Origin: Isurus oxyrinchus
Taxonomy: Eukaryota
Reading direction: 5' to 3'
Assembly (NCBI GenBank): GCA_026770705.1
Contig: JANJGN010000041.1
Span: 2,852,001 to 2,916,000 of the forward strand
Length of the DNA stretch: 64,000 nucleotides
Shown here: positions 11,829-25,860 of the stretch, piece by piece
Numbering within the stretch: the first letter of the stretch is position 1
Layout: every line of letters starts with the position of its first letter
Made by a program: the position numbers and the translations under genes
The notes under the pieces: model-generated
Databases searched by the model: none
What the model was told of the DNA's origin: nothing
The model's input: only the letters and a program-made list of their open reading frames with translations

Positions 11829-14099
11829 CTGAATTTTTAATGCTTTTTCTCCCTGAACATTAATTTTGCAGAGGAGCCTCAACACTTTGAATATGGAATC
11901 GTTTAATCAGTCATATTAAAGGAAAGCAAAATGTAAAGAATATGTTTCAAGTTAAAAGTTTTGAATTAAAGTTCTTGCCAAAGATCACAACCTGATTATG
12001 TGTTCATGAGCACGTGGGAATTTTACCATAGATACAAATTCAACCAAGGGGGAATGGGGGGTGTTTTAATGTTCCACAGTGTGAATTGGAACTGTGATGC
12101 AGCTGATTCTCCGTTGGAGTTATCTTGGGTCAGACACGTCTTAAAGTGTTTAAAGATGTTAGGTTTGGCTCCTGATAAAGTTGTCAAAGCAGCAAAATCA
12201 TTTTTAATGAAGTTGTCTCCGCTCCACAACCAAACACCTCCACCACAAAACACGCTGTGGAGTTAATCATGTTGTGCTCATAGCTACTTCCGTTTTAGTT
12301 AATGATATAACCTTATGATTACCAGAATTATATTGGCTGTTATTAGATTTCAATTTTCCAAGTTTACAGACGTGAGTGAACATATCAACCCATTGAAGTG
12401 TGGGTCATAGGCACGATGAATTGCTTGCGTTTTTTAACAAAGATGATTATTCATTAAAGCGCCGTGTGAACCCAAGAGTTTTTTTTTGAATTAAAGACAG
12501 AGAATAAGGTAATTGTGCTCCAGAGGACTGGCCTTACCAGTTCACGCTGCTTGTTACTACTAGATAACTTTCGAGAAAGACTGCTTGAGAACGGGACTTC
12601 TGAGCAAACTCACCGACCAATGAAGATCGGATTTCTCAAAACCAGTTTTGAATACCACCAAGCTTCAGCACAGTTGTTTCTGAAACCAGAATTCATAAAA
12701 TAAATTAGACATGAGCTTATATTTCCCGTTTTCAAAGGGAGACTTAACTGACTTTTAAGGAGATTAACAAACTTTCAAAAGAAGAACGCTAATCGGAAAA
12801 CAGTTCAGGCGGCTCCTTGGAACAAAAAAACAAGTTTGTTTCTAGGAAGGAATATATTGAACAATGAATTCAAAATTTGGGCAACATTAAAAATCGGACA
12901 CAGGCTAACAGGTTACTTTTGTGAAAACAAAATTATATTTGAAGAAAGAACAAACAGGGCAAAACATGCTAACACCTGCAGTCAAGCATTTGATTCAAAT
13001 TTGAAAGATATTATCAAAATGTTTTCCTTTTGAGCGCATTCGATCATCACTCCTTGCTAATGGCGTTGCAATTTGAAAACGAAATGCAGAACAATCATCA
13101 GAAATTCAGTCAAACCTTCTCTGTAAGGCTTCAAGGCCATCCTGCCACCAGTGCATGACTCGTGGTGCAAACTGCACAATGCAGATCTCTTTCTGGAAGT
13201 TAGAGCACATGAGAAATGGCTGCGGTCGCCAAGACCCATTCTGAAGAGTATCAGATGCTATCATCATTCCATTACAAGCCAAGAAGCAGTTATGCAATGA
13301 TATTCAGAGGTCTTCTGAATCCAGCCTTCTTGTTATTGTGCTGACAATACTGCCTTTTCCGGTGCACATTAACAACGTAAGCATTAACCGAGCCCTCCAG
13401 TTGCTTTCCCTTCGTAGTGTGAGAAACACCAAATTCCATCACTTTCAGAATTTCAGCCTTTGCTTCAGTCCCTCCCTCCGTTCCTGCCTCCACAAAATCT
13501 TGTTGTTCTGAAACGTAATCTTTCTGTTTCGAAGTTGATATTTAAATCGGTTTGTGAGCTGACCTCGAGTTACACTTCCCACGTTCCCGGTTTGGAACTC
13601 ATGAACTGGAGCGGTCATGTAACCTGGCTCCCCTCACTTTGCCCTACAAAATCTTCCCAGGTCTCATGAACGAGATGAGGTGTTCACTATTGTAACTGTA
13701 TGGCGATTCGTGGAAATGATTGAGGGTAAGATCTAGAATTAGGGTAAATAGGCACAACATCAAATGGGAATTGGAAGAACCCACCTCCGGTGTCGTTCAT
13801 GTAATTTATCAATTTGGTGACCATGTATGTTCTAATGATTGTAAAGAGTAGATGAGGGGAATAAAGGTAGATTTTTTTTTTCTCTTTTGTATATGTGTTT
13901 TTCTTTGCCTACGAAATCTTTATGAGAATTGAATTCGAGGCATTGGGACTGTTGGGGAGCAGAAAAGCAAAGAGCTTGAAATAACGACCGCATTTTATCC
14001 TCTTGGAAGTTAACTGGAAAAACAGGATGAATAATCTATTGGCACATCCTTTTAAATATAATAAAATCACGTATTGAAGTTGATTGGCGGAAACCTGTA

Positions 14100-14605
14100 T
14101 CCCCTGATTCAGGCCTCCAGCCTACAGTAAGATGCAAATTTTGGAGATGAATTTAATTATTTATCTGTTGATCCAGATCTTTAGCCTACAGTAACAATTA
14201 TATCTTAGAGATGAACTTAAACCCTATATACACTGATACAGATCTCCAGTCTGCAGGGACAGGGATGTGTTTGATGAGGATTTGAATCTTGTCTCCACTT
14301 TTCCAGATCTCCAACCTGGGGTTCCTGGGATGTTGTGGAGTTGAAAGTGAATAATGTAACCACTGATCCAGATTTCCAGTCTGGAGTAACCAGCCACGGT
14401 TGCAGATGGGCATGCAGTTAGTGCTACATGGGATGTTGCGGAGAAGGTTCTGAACTCTGTATTCATTTCTCCACATCATCAGTCTGCAGTCATTGCCATG
14501 TTGCTCAGCTGAATCTGAAGCATGTACCCACTGATCCAGATCTTTAGTCTGCAGCTACTATGATGTTATGTAGTTGTAGAAGAATCCGATCTGCATTGAC
14601 TCACT
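14100..14605. repeat. Degenerate minisatellite, ~65 bp unit, ~8 copies
   Basis: A CTGATCCAGATCTCCAGTCTGCAG-like core recurs at about 14104, 14168, 14233, 14298, 14363, 14398 (short unit), 14467 and 14531. Confidence 0.75.
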
Positions 14606-14609
14606 GTGA

Positions 14610-14900
14610 TATACCACACTTGGGGAACTGTGCACATTTTCCCTGGTTCGGACACACTAGACTTTCCTGGCTCATGGCGTCAATAACCTCCGCCTGTCTC
14701 TTCATCAGGTAGCTGACTGGGATATCCCAGCCTTGGAGGGAAATGCAGACGTCGCCATTGTAAGGGAGGTGAGAACCGCGTCAAAAAAAAATGTTTTCCT
14801 TTCTTTGAGTGCTGCATGAAGGATAGAGTCACTAAAAGTAAACATGTACCATTGTGAGCCCTGTCTGCGTCTCCGACTGCAGCTGACTGTCATTTCTGTA
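14610..14900 (-). mobile_element. Possible Harbinger-type Myb/SANT gene fragment
   Basis: The minus frame FTFSDSILHAALKERKTFFF followed by AEVIDAMSQESLVS resembles the RFSD..LE.L...V..RR.VLF ... W.EVA..VS..S...RT pattern of Harbinger-associated Myb/SANT proteins. Heavily decayed. Confidence 0.3.
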
Positions 14901-15314
14901 AGTCACGCTCTGCCGCCTCCTCAAGATGCAGCGCCCGGTGGTCCAGTGCTTTCTGCTTCATGTGAATAAAACCTGCTGCAGTGCGCACTGCTCCTTGTCC
15001 ATACTCATTTCATATTTGCATCACCGCGCACTGACGAGGGAAGGAGATGGAGGTTGGGAAATGTTATGGCCGCATTGACATGCGATTATGCCACAACAGA
15101 TCTGGTCGCAGACACAAACAATTTGCCGCCAATGTCCAAGGCTCGTCCAGCACAATCCAGGATATGCCCTGCAACACAAGAAGGGCAGAGGCATCCTGGG
15201 TAACGGCAGAGTGGCAGACAGTCCAGTGGGGCAATATTGCCGAGCTCCCAGCATTTACTGCAGACACTATGGTGCCTCAAAGCGCATCAGGGCAAAGACA
15301 GCAAACGGGGAGAA

Positions 15315-15450
15315 ATAGAAAATACTGTGGATGCTGCTAATCTGAAAAGAAAATCCTTAAAATATTGGAAAATTTCAGCAGATTTGACAGCATCTGGGCA
15401 TAAGAAAGAAACTGACAAACATTTAGGGTCTGTGTGACTCTTCCTAAGAG
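15315..15450 (-). mobile_element. Penelope-like element terminal fragment
   Basis: AAATACTGTGGATGCTGCTAATCTGAAA...CAGCAGATTTGACAGCATCTG is similar to the reverse complement of the 3' terminal region of the element at 53310-53410. Confidence 0.55.
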
Positions 15451-16249
15451 CCTTGCATCAGAGGAAGACTCATAGGGACACAGGAAAGAAAGACTCCTGC
15501 TGCTTCCCAAATGCCATCTACCCTCAGCTGATGGATATTTTATCCTCTGTGCTGAACACCACTTTAAAGGAGTAATGGCAGCGCAGATTTCACTCTGATT
15601 GTGAGTCCGAGATGTTCCTTACCAGGAATGAATCAGTAGTGGTACGGCTCACGAGTTGGCTGAGTCATGAAGGAGCTGGAATGCGAGGATTCAAGAACAG
15701 GGTTCCTGCTCACCTTCACGAGGGCAACTTACAGTGGGAAGTAACAATGTGGCCTAACCACATACACCTACTGCCGAAGGAATAATAATAGGCCATATCT
15801 GTCGGGGTTGCTCTGTGCCAGCTGGTGAAAGAAACAGCATCAGGCAAGTAAAAAACATGTCAATATTGTCCTCACAAACTATCGCTGTTGCATGTGCCAA
15901 TAGTGGTCTTAGTTGGAGTGATATCCGCACAAAGCTTTTGGAGTTGAAGTGTTGCCTTCACATCAAAGAATCATTCCAGCGTGCTGAAGTCACTCCCACT
16001 CTGTTAGATGTGTTACATTCAGAACGGAGCGAACAGCGCTAAACTGGGCATATGTGAGGCTATGTAGGCCATCAGCAGCAGCAGAATTCTGGCACAACCA
16101 AAATCACCAATCATGTCCCGGCTTAAACGGGATAAGCCACTGATTATCCAACTCCATACCTTTCAGCAAAACTTCCCAATCTAAAATAGCCAATCACTCC
16201 CCCGCCCCCATCCCCGAATTCTTTAACACTCTCTTTGTTCAGATTAAGA

Positions 16250-18050
16250 GCAGTTTCTCTGATTGGAACATAGTACATTGAAACTTAATGAAACATTCTA
16301 CCATATTACGCTCACTCTTTCCTAAGTGCACCTTTACATCAAGTGTATCAATGAGCAATGTTCAGTAGCACAAGGCTAGATCTGAAATAAGACGTTCAAT
16401 GTCTGGTTGTTCAACGTTCTGCTCTAGAACACCATCTTGCAAATGTTGTAAGAATTCATTCGCCCAAAACATTAGAAGGAATTAGTTTTACTCACCCTGT
16501 AATTACGGTGAAATCTCCCATGATTAGATTTCTGTGCTTCATACAAGAATCTCCAATGTAATGATATATTCAGAGATGTACATTACCACTGCCGTTTGGT
16601 CGACTGTAAACAACTCACTGCAATGTTTTCTGCCCCCTGCTGTCCCTTAGTTGACCCAAATTGATTCTATATTTTGATATTTCCAACACCAGGCATTTCT
16701 CAGCACTGTACCAATGCCATCTTTGATCAATAGGTTTACTGCAATAACTTTTCCCAGCTCCTTGTCCTTCCAGAATGACACATGCCTTGGATATTAAGTT
16801 CCCAACATTAGTTTGCTTGCAGATACGTCTGTGCAATGTCTAACAGATCAAACATATCAATTTCTATTTGAGATTAAAATTCACGTGTTTTCCTGCGAAT
16901 GCTGCAGGCATTCAGAAACAGAGCCCTTAATTCATTGTTTCATTACCGTTTTTGCAAACACTGTCCCTGCCTGCTAGCACACTCCTAAACTTGCAATGTC
17001 TTCTCCTTTCTTCCATTACCTGATTACTTTCGTCTTTAAGCCTTCAGTCACATATTGTCTTGCCATTTCCATTTCATTTATTCCAACTGCCCGAGATGAT
17101 CTCTTCACCATTTGGTTATTTAAAAACCATCTCTACTTCCTTTGTACCATATCCCAATCGAACACAGGGCAGGGCACGGTTAAAGTCTAGATTTCCCTAA
17201 TGCTAAATTTCCCACAGTCCCAGTTGTAGTGCCAGTGCGACTACATCCACACCCATTTCTCCTACACTATTTTTGAGACACATATTAATATTCCTAATGT
17301 TATTCACCTGACACCGTTTTTTACATCACACCAGTCATAGTTATAGATTGTTAACGTTTCTTTTCTGCTGCTTTACCTCGTGCCTATCTCCCCAGAATCG
17401 CTATGCAGAAAGTATTTCCTAGTTTTTCCAATGTTTTTTGTACTTACATGGACAACGACCCAGTAAATCCACTCCCTCCAAGTTGAAGCTTCTCTACAGC
17501 CTCAGCAGGTGTCGCAAAAGGTACAAGCCTGGAGGTAACCCAGCAGCCTGGACTCATGGCAGCGAACACAACATGACTAAACAGACGCCTATCACTATTA
17601 TAATCCTCATTGCCCCACCCATTGACAAAACATTGTTCAGCATTGTGTCATAATCATTCCACTTGTCTATCTTGCAGTCCTCCCCATTCACAATGGTTCC
17701 ATCACTTCATACCTATTCAAAAGGTCATGAACCGAGGCTCCTTGAAGTCTCGGTTCTGGGTGGCCTTATTCACCAGACATGCACTCACACTCCTGCTCGT
17801 GACCATTGAACAATCTGAAGTTCTCTCTAAGCTAAGGGGAATGACTGCCTTCTGGGGCAAAGTTCCCAAGCAACATTTGCCCCCCATTGACTCCCGACAA
17901 ATGCTTCACAATTTCCGCAGCTCATAATCCAGCTCAATGTATTCAATGTACTCCATCGAAATGTACATACTGCTATAATGGCACACCGCCAGCCTGCCAC
18001 TGCTGACAACCTTACTCATTTAATTGGCCAATTAGGTAATAATTTACAGA
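16250..18050 (-). mobile_element. Degraded CR1 LINE (ORF1 remnant and ORF2 endonuclease)
   Basis: The minus strand near 16925 reads ALFLNACSIRRK...QIEIDMFDLLDIAQTYLQ, the N-terminus of the CR1 APE domain (..NARSI.NK...D.IAITETWL). Boundaries approximate. Confidence 0.7.
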
Positions 18051-20709
18051 GATACAGAATGTTGTGCTCAGCTATTTTGGAGACGAGGAGGAAAGCTGTC
18101 CAATGACCGGGTGCTGACAAAAGTAGGAAAAGAAACAAGTCTTGACCTCACTTTCGCAAGTAACCATCTGATCCAGAATCCCAACTCCTCACTCAGTCCA
18201 CATCTGTCTCAGATGTAGCCGCGAGTCCATGCCTCCTGTTTGACATGCACTTTGAACAACCCAGTGTTTTTATAAAACATCTATTGAATCCCCAGCTAGC
18301 TCAGCATTCTCTGACGATAGTTAATATTTATTAAGGGGAATTACATACAGTGCCATGGTGCTGGTGTGATGGCCCAGAAAGAGGACACCGTGCGGAGGAA
18401 TCAGACAATACGACCAGATGATGTTTTAATGCTGAGTAATTGGTAGCGGTGTGACTTCTGCACCAGTTCTTCAGCTGGATCTTAAATGTTTGAAGCTTGT
18501 ACACTTCTCAATAAAATCTTCAAAAAGGAAACCACGCTGTAACCACGTTGTGTCCTGATTTTCAACGTTAACACACCAAACATAGAAAAAGGATTGGTAA
18601 AATGAATGTTAACATTTTGAAACTTGAAAATACACAGAATTTGGCGAAAGGTAGCCAAGGAAAATTACAGCTGATTAATGTCTAACGCCATCAAACAACT
18701 GTTGGATCACTTGTGTGCCATGTTAACATCAAGTGAAGATGCACTGAAGGTGTGAAGGACAAAAGGTAGATTTGCTTGAGAAGTATGAAAGCATCAACCC
18801 TTGCAGATCTGTGCATCTCTAGTCGGTTTCCCTTTGTTCTTCACTGTGGCAACATCTGAATGATTTGAAAAGCGATTTCTGAGCTTAATTTCAGACTTAG
18901 GAATGCTGTGGGTCCGCAGTCAAATGCAGGTTAGACCTGGTTAAGATGGCTGTTCTCCTCCCTAAGTATTCAAGATGGGCCGTCCATACAGTCCTTGAAT
19001 CTCTTGCTGGACGCAACTGATAAAAGTTATTTTTTATAGAGTAGGATCAGAACAGACGCCCCCTTCCTGCAACCCTGCATTGAGCTCGCCGCTGGTGACA
19101 TACAAAATTTCCGAGCTGCCATCCCCTGGGACAGCTTTGAAAGTCGTGAACTGAGCCGTTTTTTTAGGATCAGTTGGTAAATCACTGAGTCTGGAGACAC
19201 TTTTGTTTCCTTTGGAGTTACTGATTACTGGCGGGTATATCCTGCAGCTGCACCTACATCAGTCACTTTGTCTAACACCTCTGCCACAACTGCACAGCCC
19301 AATTTTCCTTCCACTCCGGTCTGCCCTTCGGAAGACCCTCCCCCCTCACAACCACAATCCCCACAATTCTGACTCCCCTGCTCCCCACTGTCAACACCTT
19401 CTTCCCATGACTGCTCTTCCCATTGGTCCCACACTGCATTGGAGCTGCGAGAACTCGATGGGCCGAATGGCCTGCTAGACATTACTGTCTCAAACTTTTG
19501 TTGGAATCAATTGTATTCCAAAGGTGGGCTTTGGCTGCAGTCTAATATGATTTCAGGTATGTGAAAGCGAGGTAAAATGCTGGTCGTGTGTGCTCTATGC
19601 ATTTCGCGTGCACAGTGCTCAATACCATTCAACTGAGTTGGAATACATACGGGTCGTGTTCGGACGCTTATGGGTCTGTTAAATATTTGCTGGGGGGGAA
19701 AGGGTAGACCAACGGCCACTTACCATCCAGCCTGATAGTTTGGCACAAGTGCGGGAGGATGGGAAAATAATGAATCATCACAAGATAAGATCCAACAGCC
19801 CATTGCTGGTCAGTCTGGAGAAAACAAAAGCTGTCCATTGCCAAACGTCCACAAAATTAAGCGCCATTTCATTGATAAACACTGAAGGGTGCGCTTCAGT
19901 GTGACGTTTCAAACGGGCCCTGAAAGGTTTTTTTTAATTTTTGTTCCCGGTTGGCAATTAAATTAATTTAAAATTGTTGATTGAGGTTAACACGGAAACA
20001 GCTGGGCTCAGTTTCACCCAATTCCAGATTGAGCACATTATTCTTCTCGCATTACCTGTGGGCACCTTGCACGATCTCTGGGTCTTGTAGACTGTCAGGC
20101 ATACAGTGTCACCCTGCCCTGAGACCCTGCTGCAAAGGGTGAGGGAGCACAGATTGTTATAACAGCTCACAGGACATTTGAATGGCGATATAAAAGAGGA
20201 AGAAAGATTCTCACTTCAGCAATGGTGAATGAGGCCATTTCACCCTCCTGTCGCTTTCTCCCTAAAACAGATCCTGCTTCCTACCCTCCATTTGTTCTCT
20301 AATGGGACACCTATCAAGATGCCAATAACCAAGAGCTCCCCTCCCTGCGTGAAACATAGGAGGTACCAGTATGAACAAGGAGAACAGGACTCACTATTTT
20401 TAGTTGATACCTGTAGGAGGCACTGTCTTAAACTACCTGACCCACAATGTTGCCTCAGGCAAAACGAGACTTAACGTCGATTTTTGCTTAAGATGAACTA
20501 CGACTCGGGGTGTGCATCGTCATGAACAAAACGCACTGAACGAATTGTATTAATTAGTCACTGGTGAAAATCACTAACACTCTCGCTTGCACCCCTGCAC
20601 ACCATCATTCACACACGAATCGACTGTGCTATGTGTTGGAAAACATGCGAAAGAAATAGAGATACAAGGAGGAAGACTGGAAAGGCTGGATGAACAGAGT
20701 GGGGCCCTC

Positions 20710-21000
20710 ATATCAAAATATTTACGATTATGAAAGATTTATTTTAACATACTGGATGCAGAGCAAAGATTTGCTCTAACGACAATGCTTATAAAACGAG
20801 GTCTTAAATAAGAAACAATTGCCAAGAGAACTCATAGGGAATTCAAGAATACTTATTTCCACAGAGAGAGATGAGAATGTGGGAGTCATTACCAAACGGA
20901 GTGCTCTGTTGTATACATTAGCTCTATTTAAGTAGAAGCTATGCAGTCATATTCCAGGGACAGAAATAGACGGACACCCTAACTAGTTAGGATTTGAATG
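20710..21000 (+). mobile_element. CR1 LINE 3' fragment
   Basis: GGGAATTCAAGAATACTTATTTCCACAGAGAGAGATGAGAATGTGGGAGTCATTACCA matches the F.QRVV..WNSLP region of the CR1 3' end. Confidence 0.65.
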
Positions 21001-21574
21001 GTCAGGCTCTTTCGGTCGGGCGTCTAACTTTTCAGGGGTCTCTGCTTAAGGGGACGTGGTGGAGGGGAGTGAAGGCACCATTTCACCCTGCTGCTCTTCT
21101 CTGCAGCTACAGCTGGTGCTGTTTGGCCTCACCCCATTGTCCCATTCACCAGAAAGAACAACGAGTAATCTCCGCAGCCCCCGTCCCCCACTCAAGCAGG
21201 ATGCCCCTGTCTAGCAATTTCCTTTACCCCCGGTCCAACATAATCCGTTATTTTAGAATTGCCTCTGCCTTGGGTGATGTGTTTTTGAGACAGTGGCTTC
21301 ATCACTGATAGAAAGGGACTGTGTCTCCCGCTAAACTACCATTCCGTTTCAAAGTTAAGCCTTGTCTACAGTGCAGCATCATCAGCGTTACACCACCCAT
21401 CCAGTTTGAGTTCTACCAAACTACGTGATCTCTCCCCACGAGGACATTGCTCCCAGTTCTCTGCGAAGCCATCAATTCGGTTTGGATGGTGCCTCCTGCC
21501 CAGGCCTTCTTCAACACATTCATGATATGGACCAATAACTCCTCAAGTGAGTGGTTTGATTTCATGCATTCGTG

Positions 21575-22950
21575 GGTTGGAAAGCTCGCTGGCTGGGGGA
21601 AATGTATTGCCCATCCGAAGTTGCCATTGTGAAGGTGGTGATGAGCTGCCTTTTGAACGGTTGCAGTGTCTGTCGTATACCTACAACAACAGGGCTGTTA
21701 GGAGGTGTTGCGGGGTGGTGTTGGTCGTACCAAAGGATACTGGCCCAGCGACAGTTAAGTAACACTGATGCATTTCCAAAATGGATGGACGTGTCTTGGG
21801 GAGGGGGTTGAAGATTGTTTTGCTGCCATCTATCTCCTTACCTTCTTCAAGGTGCAATTGCCGTAAGCTGGCAGGTGCAGTCGAAGGAGTCGTGTTTTTT
21901 TTCCTTGCAGTGCATTTTATAGACGGTATGCACTGCTGCTTTTGTGCATCGGTGAAGGAGGGAGTGAATGATTGGTTTAGCATCATAATCAAGCGGACGG
22001 CTTTTCCTGGATGGTGACGAAATTCTGTACTGTTTTGGAGCTGTGCTCATCCTTAAAAATGGAGAGTATTCCGTCAAACTTCCGACTTGTGCCTGATAGG
22101 CAGTGGACAGCCTTTGGGGAGTAAGGAAGTGTGTAACTCCTCTGTCAATTCTTGGCAGCTGAACTGCTGTTTTAGCCACGTTACCTAGGTGACTAGTCTA
22201 GATCAGTTTCTGGTAAATGGCGACCTCCTGAAAGTAGATAGTGGGGGGATTCAGTGAGGGGGATGCCATTGATTGCCTAGGGGCAATTGTTAGATTGTCT
22301 CTTGATGGAGATGGTCATTGTCTGGCACTTTTCTGGCTTGATTGTTACTTGCAACTTTTCCGCAACGTGCTGGATATTTTCGAGGGCCTGTATTTCTTTT
22401 TCCTGACACGTTGTTTCTCAGTACAAACCATCCCACCCTCACCCCATGCCCACCACCAGCCTCCTCGGAGGATGAGATGTGCTATGTTATTCACAATCAG
22501 TTCGGCAGGAACTTAATACCCTGCATGGCTGGAGGGGCCACAACATCCTGACCAGGTCATGCTGCATTTGAACCTGGGCTGCTTCATTTTCTGAGGAATC
22601 ACGAATGCTCCTGAACATTGTGCAAACGTCAGTGAACATCCCCACTTCCGACCAGATGATAGATGGACACACATTTATGAAGCAACTGACGCCGTTTGGC
22701 ACTCGGGAATTACCCTGAGGAAATCCGAAAGAGTGTTGTCTTCCTTTGCACCTAGGGCGTGTTACCAAACGTCAACAATTTTATTCCGGCTCATTGAGGC
22801 CACCCACGGTCAAATGCTGCCTTTCTGTCAACGTCTGTCACTCTCCTCTCGCCTCAGGAAATAGAGCTTTTCTCCAGTTTGTATTCATACTTTGTTTTAT
22901 AATGATTAACCAAAACATCTCGAAAGGTTATATTTAATTCAGTATGACTT
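21575..22950 (-). mobile_element. Degraded LINE (CR1/L2-clade shark family), 3' part
   Basis: Minus frames include HFLTPQRLSTAYQAQV and SEVGMFTDVCTMFRSI (RT FADD motif relic). It is the same family as 47800-48720 and 52230-54700 on the + strand. Confidence 0.75.
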
Positions 22951-23279
22951 GTAGCTGTTGTGGAAGTGCACACCAGGCCTGAAGAGATCATGGAGAGATA
23001 AAGAATGTTCTTGGCTCTTACCTTGCGGTGCTGGTAATGGTGAAAAACCCTGAATGTCATCTCTATGGAGCGTGCAATGACACAGATATTCTGTTGAGCT
23101 CACCTAAGGGAAATGGCCAGAAGTTGTAACATGTCCAAGTCAAATCTCCACCGAAACCTTTGGATCAAGATGTATAGCTGACTGCTCAGCACTTATGTAC
23201 AATCATAATTTGTTTTATTGTGGCTGGTTCGTATCATGTTGAGTGGCTGCTCAGTAGAACAGACCTTTAAACGATTACT

Positions 23280-23770
23280 CTGCCAACATCTCTGCTTGTC
23301 GCAAACCCCTTCCATCCTGCACTCAGACAACATTAGCTCTTCTCCCCCATGTCACACCACCTTACCGTCAATCAGTCACCCATTACAACTCGTCACCCAA
23401 ACTCCCACGGCACATTAGCACCTGGTAACACTCCCCTTCAAACCATCAACACTAATTTCCCCATCCCAATGATGCCTCATCGCATGCAATTTTCCTCCAT
23501 CAACCCTGCTACTCTTCTGTCCACACTGCTATTACAAGGCTGCCTGCCATCAGGCCTGGATATCCCTATCAACCCATATCTTCTTCGTTACAAATTTCAC
23601 CTCAATAGCCTCAGCTTCCCCCATCAACATTAGCTCCTCACCTCTAACTTCTCCAACATCCCTGCTTACCCCATAACCTCCGATTTCCACCCTCAAACCG
23701 TCTTTTCTTCTCCAATAACTTCCATTTAATTGTCCTGGCCTTCGAGCATATCAACAACCGTCGGGTCAAT
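23280..23770 (+). mobile_element. C-rich L2-like LINE fragment
   Basis: Strongly C-rich strand typical of decayed L2 endonuclease regions. No clean motif. Confidence 0.35.
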
Positions 23771-25199
23771 AAGGTAGATTCCAAAATGTTCAGTAAGTCC
23801 TTACGCAACTTGTAAGTTTTGTATTGTACATTTCTCTTTCGCTCAGCTAACAAAGTGATGATTGTGTCACTTTTGCAGATAGTGTGGTCTCTCCAAATGT
23901 GACACTCGGCAGATGCTGACTATGGCAGAGCAAAACTGGTTTCCTCAACCTGATATTTCGACTCTTTCTGATAGTTTTAGGAAAAGAGTTTCGTTTCTTC
24001 AACTCCACCCCCGTGCGTAATGCCAACACTATCAGAAACTGACTGTTCTCCCTGGTTCACAGTCACTCACACCATTGAAATCTCTGTAGCCATTTTTTAG
24101 CAAAATCTGAAGAGTAAGTATGGTGTTGGCGGAACAGCGGCTAAGCTTCGGGTAATAGTGACCGTTTTGGTATGTTTAAGGAAAATTTCCCGATATTTTT
24201 TGTAAGCCAATGAGTATTGGCTGACGATAAAAGTCCATTCTGTTATGTGACAATAAATGACCTGCATTCTCAGTTTTGGAGAAAAATCGAATTCCTTGAT
24301 CACATTCTAACGCCGGAGAGGCTATTTGCCCCGCTTCTGCTGTTGAATGGTTTCACTGTCAGGCACAGGTTAATGACCAGCAGAAATTGCAGGACACTCT
24401 GGGTAATCAGAAACATGGAAGATCGAAGGGAACCCAACAATTTGCTTTTGTCCTCTCAACCAATTGCATCAAGTTATGGTCAAAGTTTATGGTTTACTCA
24501 TTGTGGTGGCAGATGTTGGATATGTTGTCCAGTTTGATGCATCCAGAAACCTTGCACAATGGTTTAATTCATTCTGCAGCTCCTGAGTTGATTCACAATC
24601 ATTTGTGTTTGTACTATGACTCAGAATATGTTGCGATTGCATTTGGAGAACGTTCTAGGATATGATTAAAATAACTGAAACACTGTTCGTGTGCAGCATT
24701 GTCCACTGCTCCTTCAGGTTTTCAGCGTCTGGAGGGGCTTGACAGAAAGGCAAATGAAAAATCTTGGGGCTTGTCGCTAATGATAACATTGTCTGTTGAA
24801 CAATTGACTTTTACAACATGAAGTTTCCTCGCTCTGATTAGACATCATAGTACCAAGAATAACAGAACTCACATTGGGCAATCCACTGGTCCACTTTTCT
24901 TCTCCTTCACAACCATCTGCAAGGGCCCCTCCCAGCAGCATCACCCACATAACCCAGCATCCCCACCCACCACCCCTAAACTTCATTTGGCCAGCCCATT
25001 TGTCCATCAGAACGCATTCCACAATTGTCCCTTGCAGATGTTGCACCTATTTTGTGGATTGATGAGGTGAGTTACAAAGTGTTGCCAGACCCCGGCCTGT
25101 TCTTTTTTTGGAAAAATTATTAATCGATTTACTGAAGATCATGAAAAATATGTGTCACAGTGATGTTGCCAAAAGGGACATTGTCTTTGTTAAATAACT

Positions 25200-25860
25200 C
25201 TACGAGCCTCCACGCATCTTGTCTCATCCATGTCCACCATTGTTACCCTCCATGTCACTCTCTCTCAGCTGCTTTCCTGGTTTGGCCTTGAAGAGATTCA
25301 TTATGTTCACCTGAACCATCCCATCTCGTAGCGAGTTCCACATTCTCACAAATCTCTGGACATGAGGTCTCTCCTGAATTCCCGATTGGATAATTTGCTG
25401 ATTGTCATACATTCATGACCATATAGTTGCGTCCCTCCCCATAAGATGAAACATTCTCTCTGTATCCAATCACTCAAAAAGCCTGCTTTTAAACTCCTCT
25501 ATTGTGCCATCCCGGAGACTTGTTTACAATTTTCCAGAGAGAAGAGTCACAGCCTGAAAAGTCCTCCTGATATGTGTACCCGCACATTCCTGCATCATCC
25601 TTATCAGTCCTGTCTGCACTAGTGTCTCTATATGGCTTTATAACCATGCATGTTGACCATGAGTGTAATTGCCTAACTTTGGTCAACCAAAGTTTTAATC
25701 GGGTACAGCATATCCTTCTGACTTTTCAATTCTATCCCCTAAGGCATGAAGCCAAGTGTGTGGTTCGGAATTTTTAACGCCCGGTTAACATATAGGTCTA
25801 CTTTCAATGGTGGAGTTATTTTTACTCACAAATCGCTAAGTACCTCTTCCCCTTCGAGAG
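25200..25860 (-). mobile_element. CR1 LINE 3' fragment
   Basis: The minus ORF contains QRFVRMWNSL..GMVQVNIMNLFKAK, the CR1 ORF2 C-terminus. Confidence 0.75.

Noticed and set aside
24217-24537. Gypsy RT relic (KIEFLDHILTPERL)
   Set aside because: A single short motif with no supporting YxDD or RNase H motif seen.
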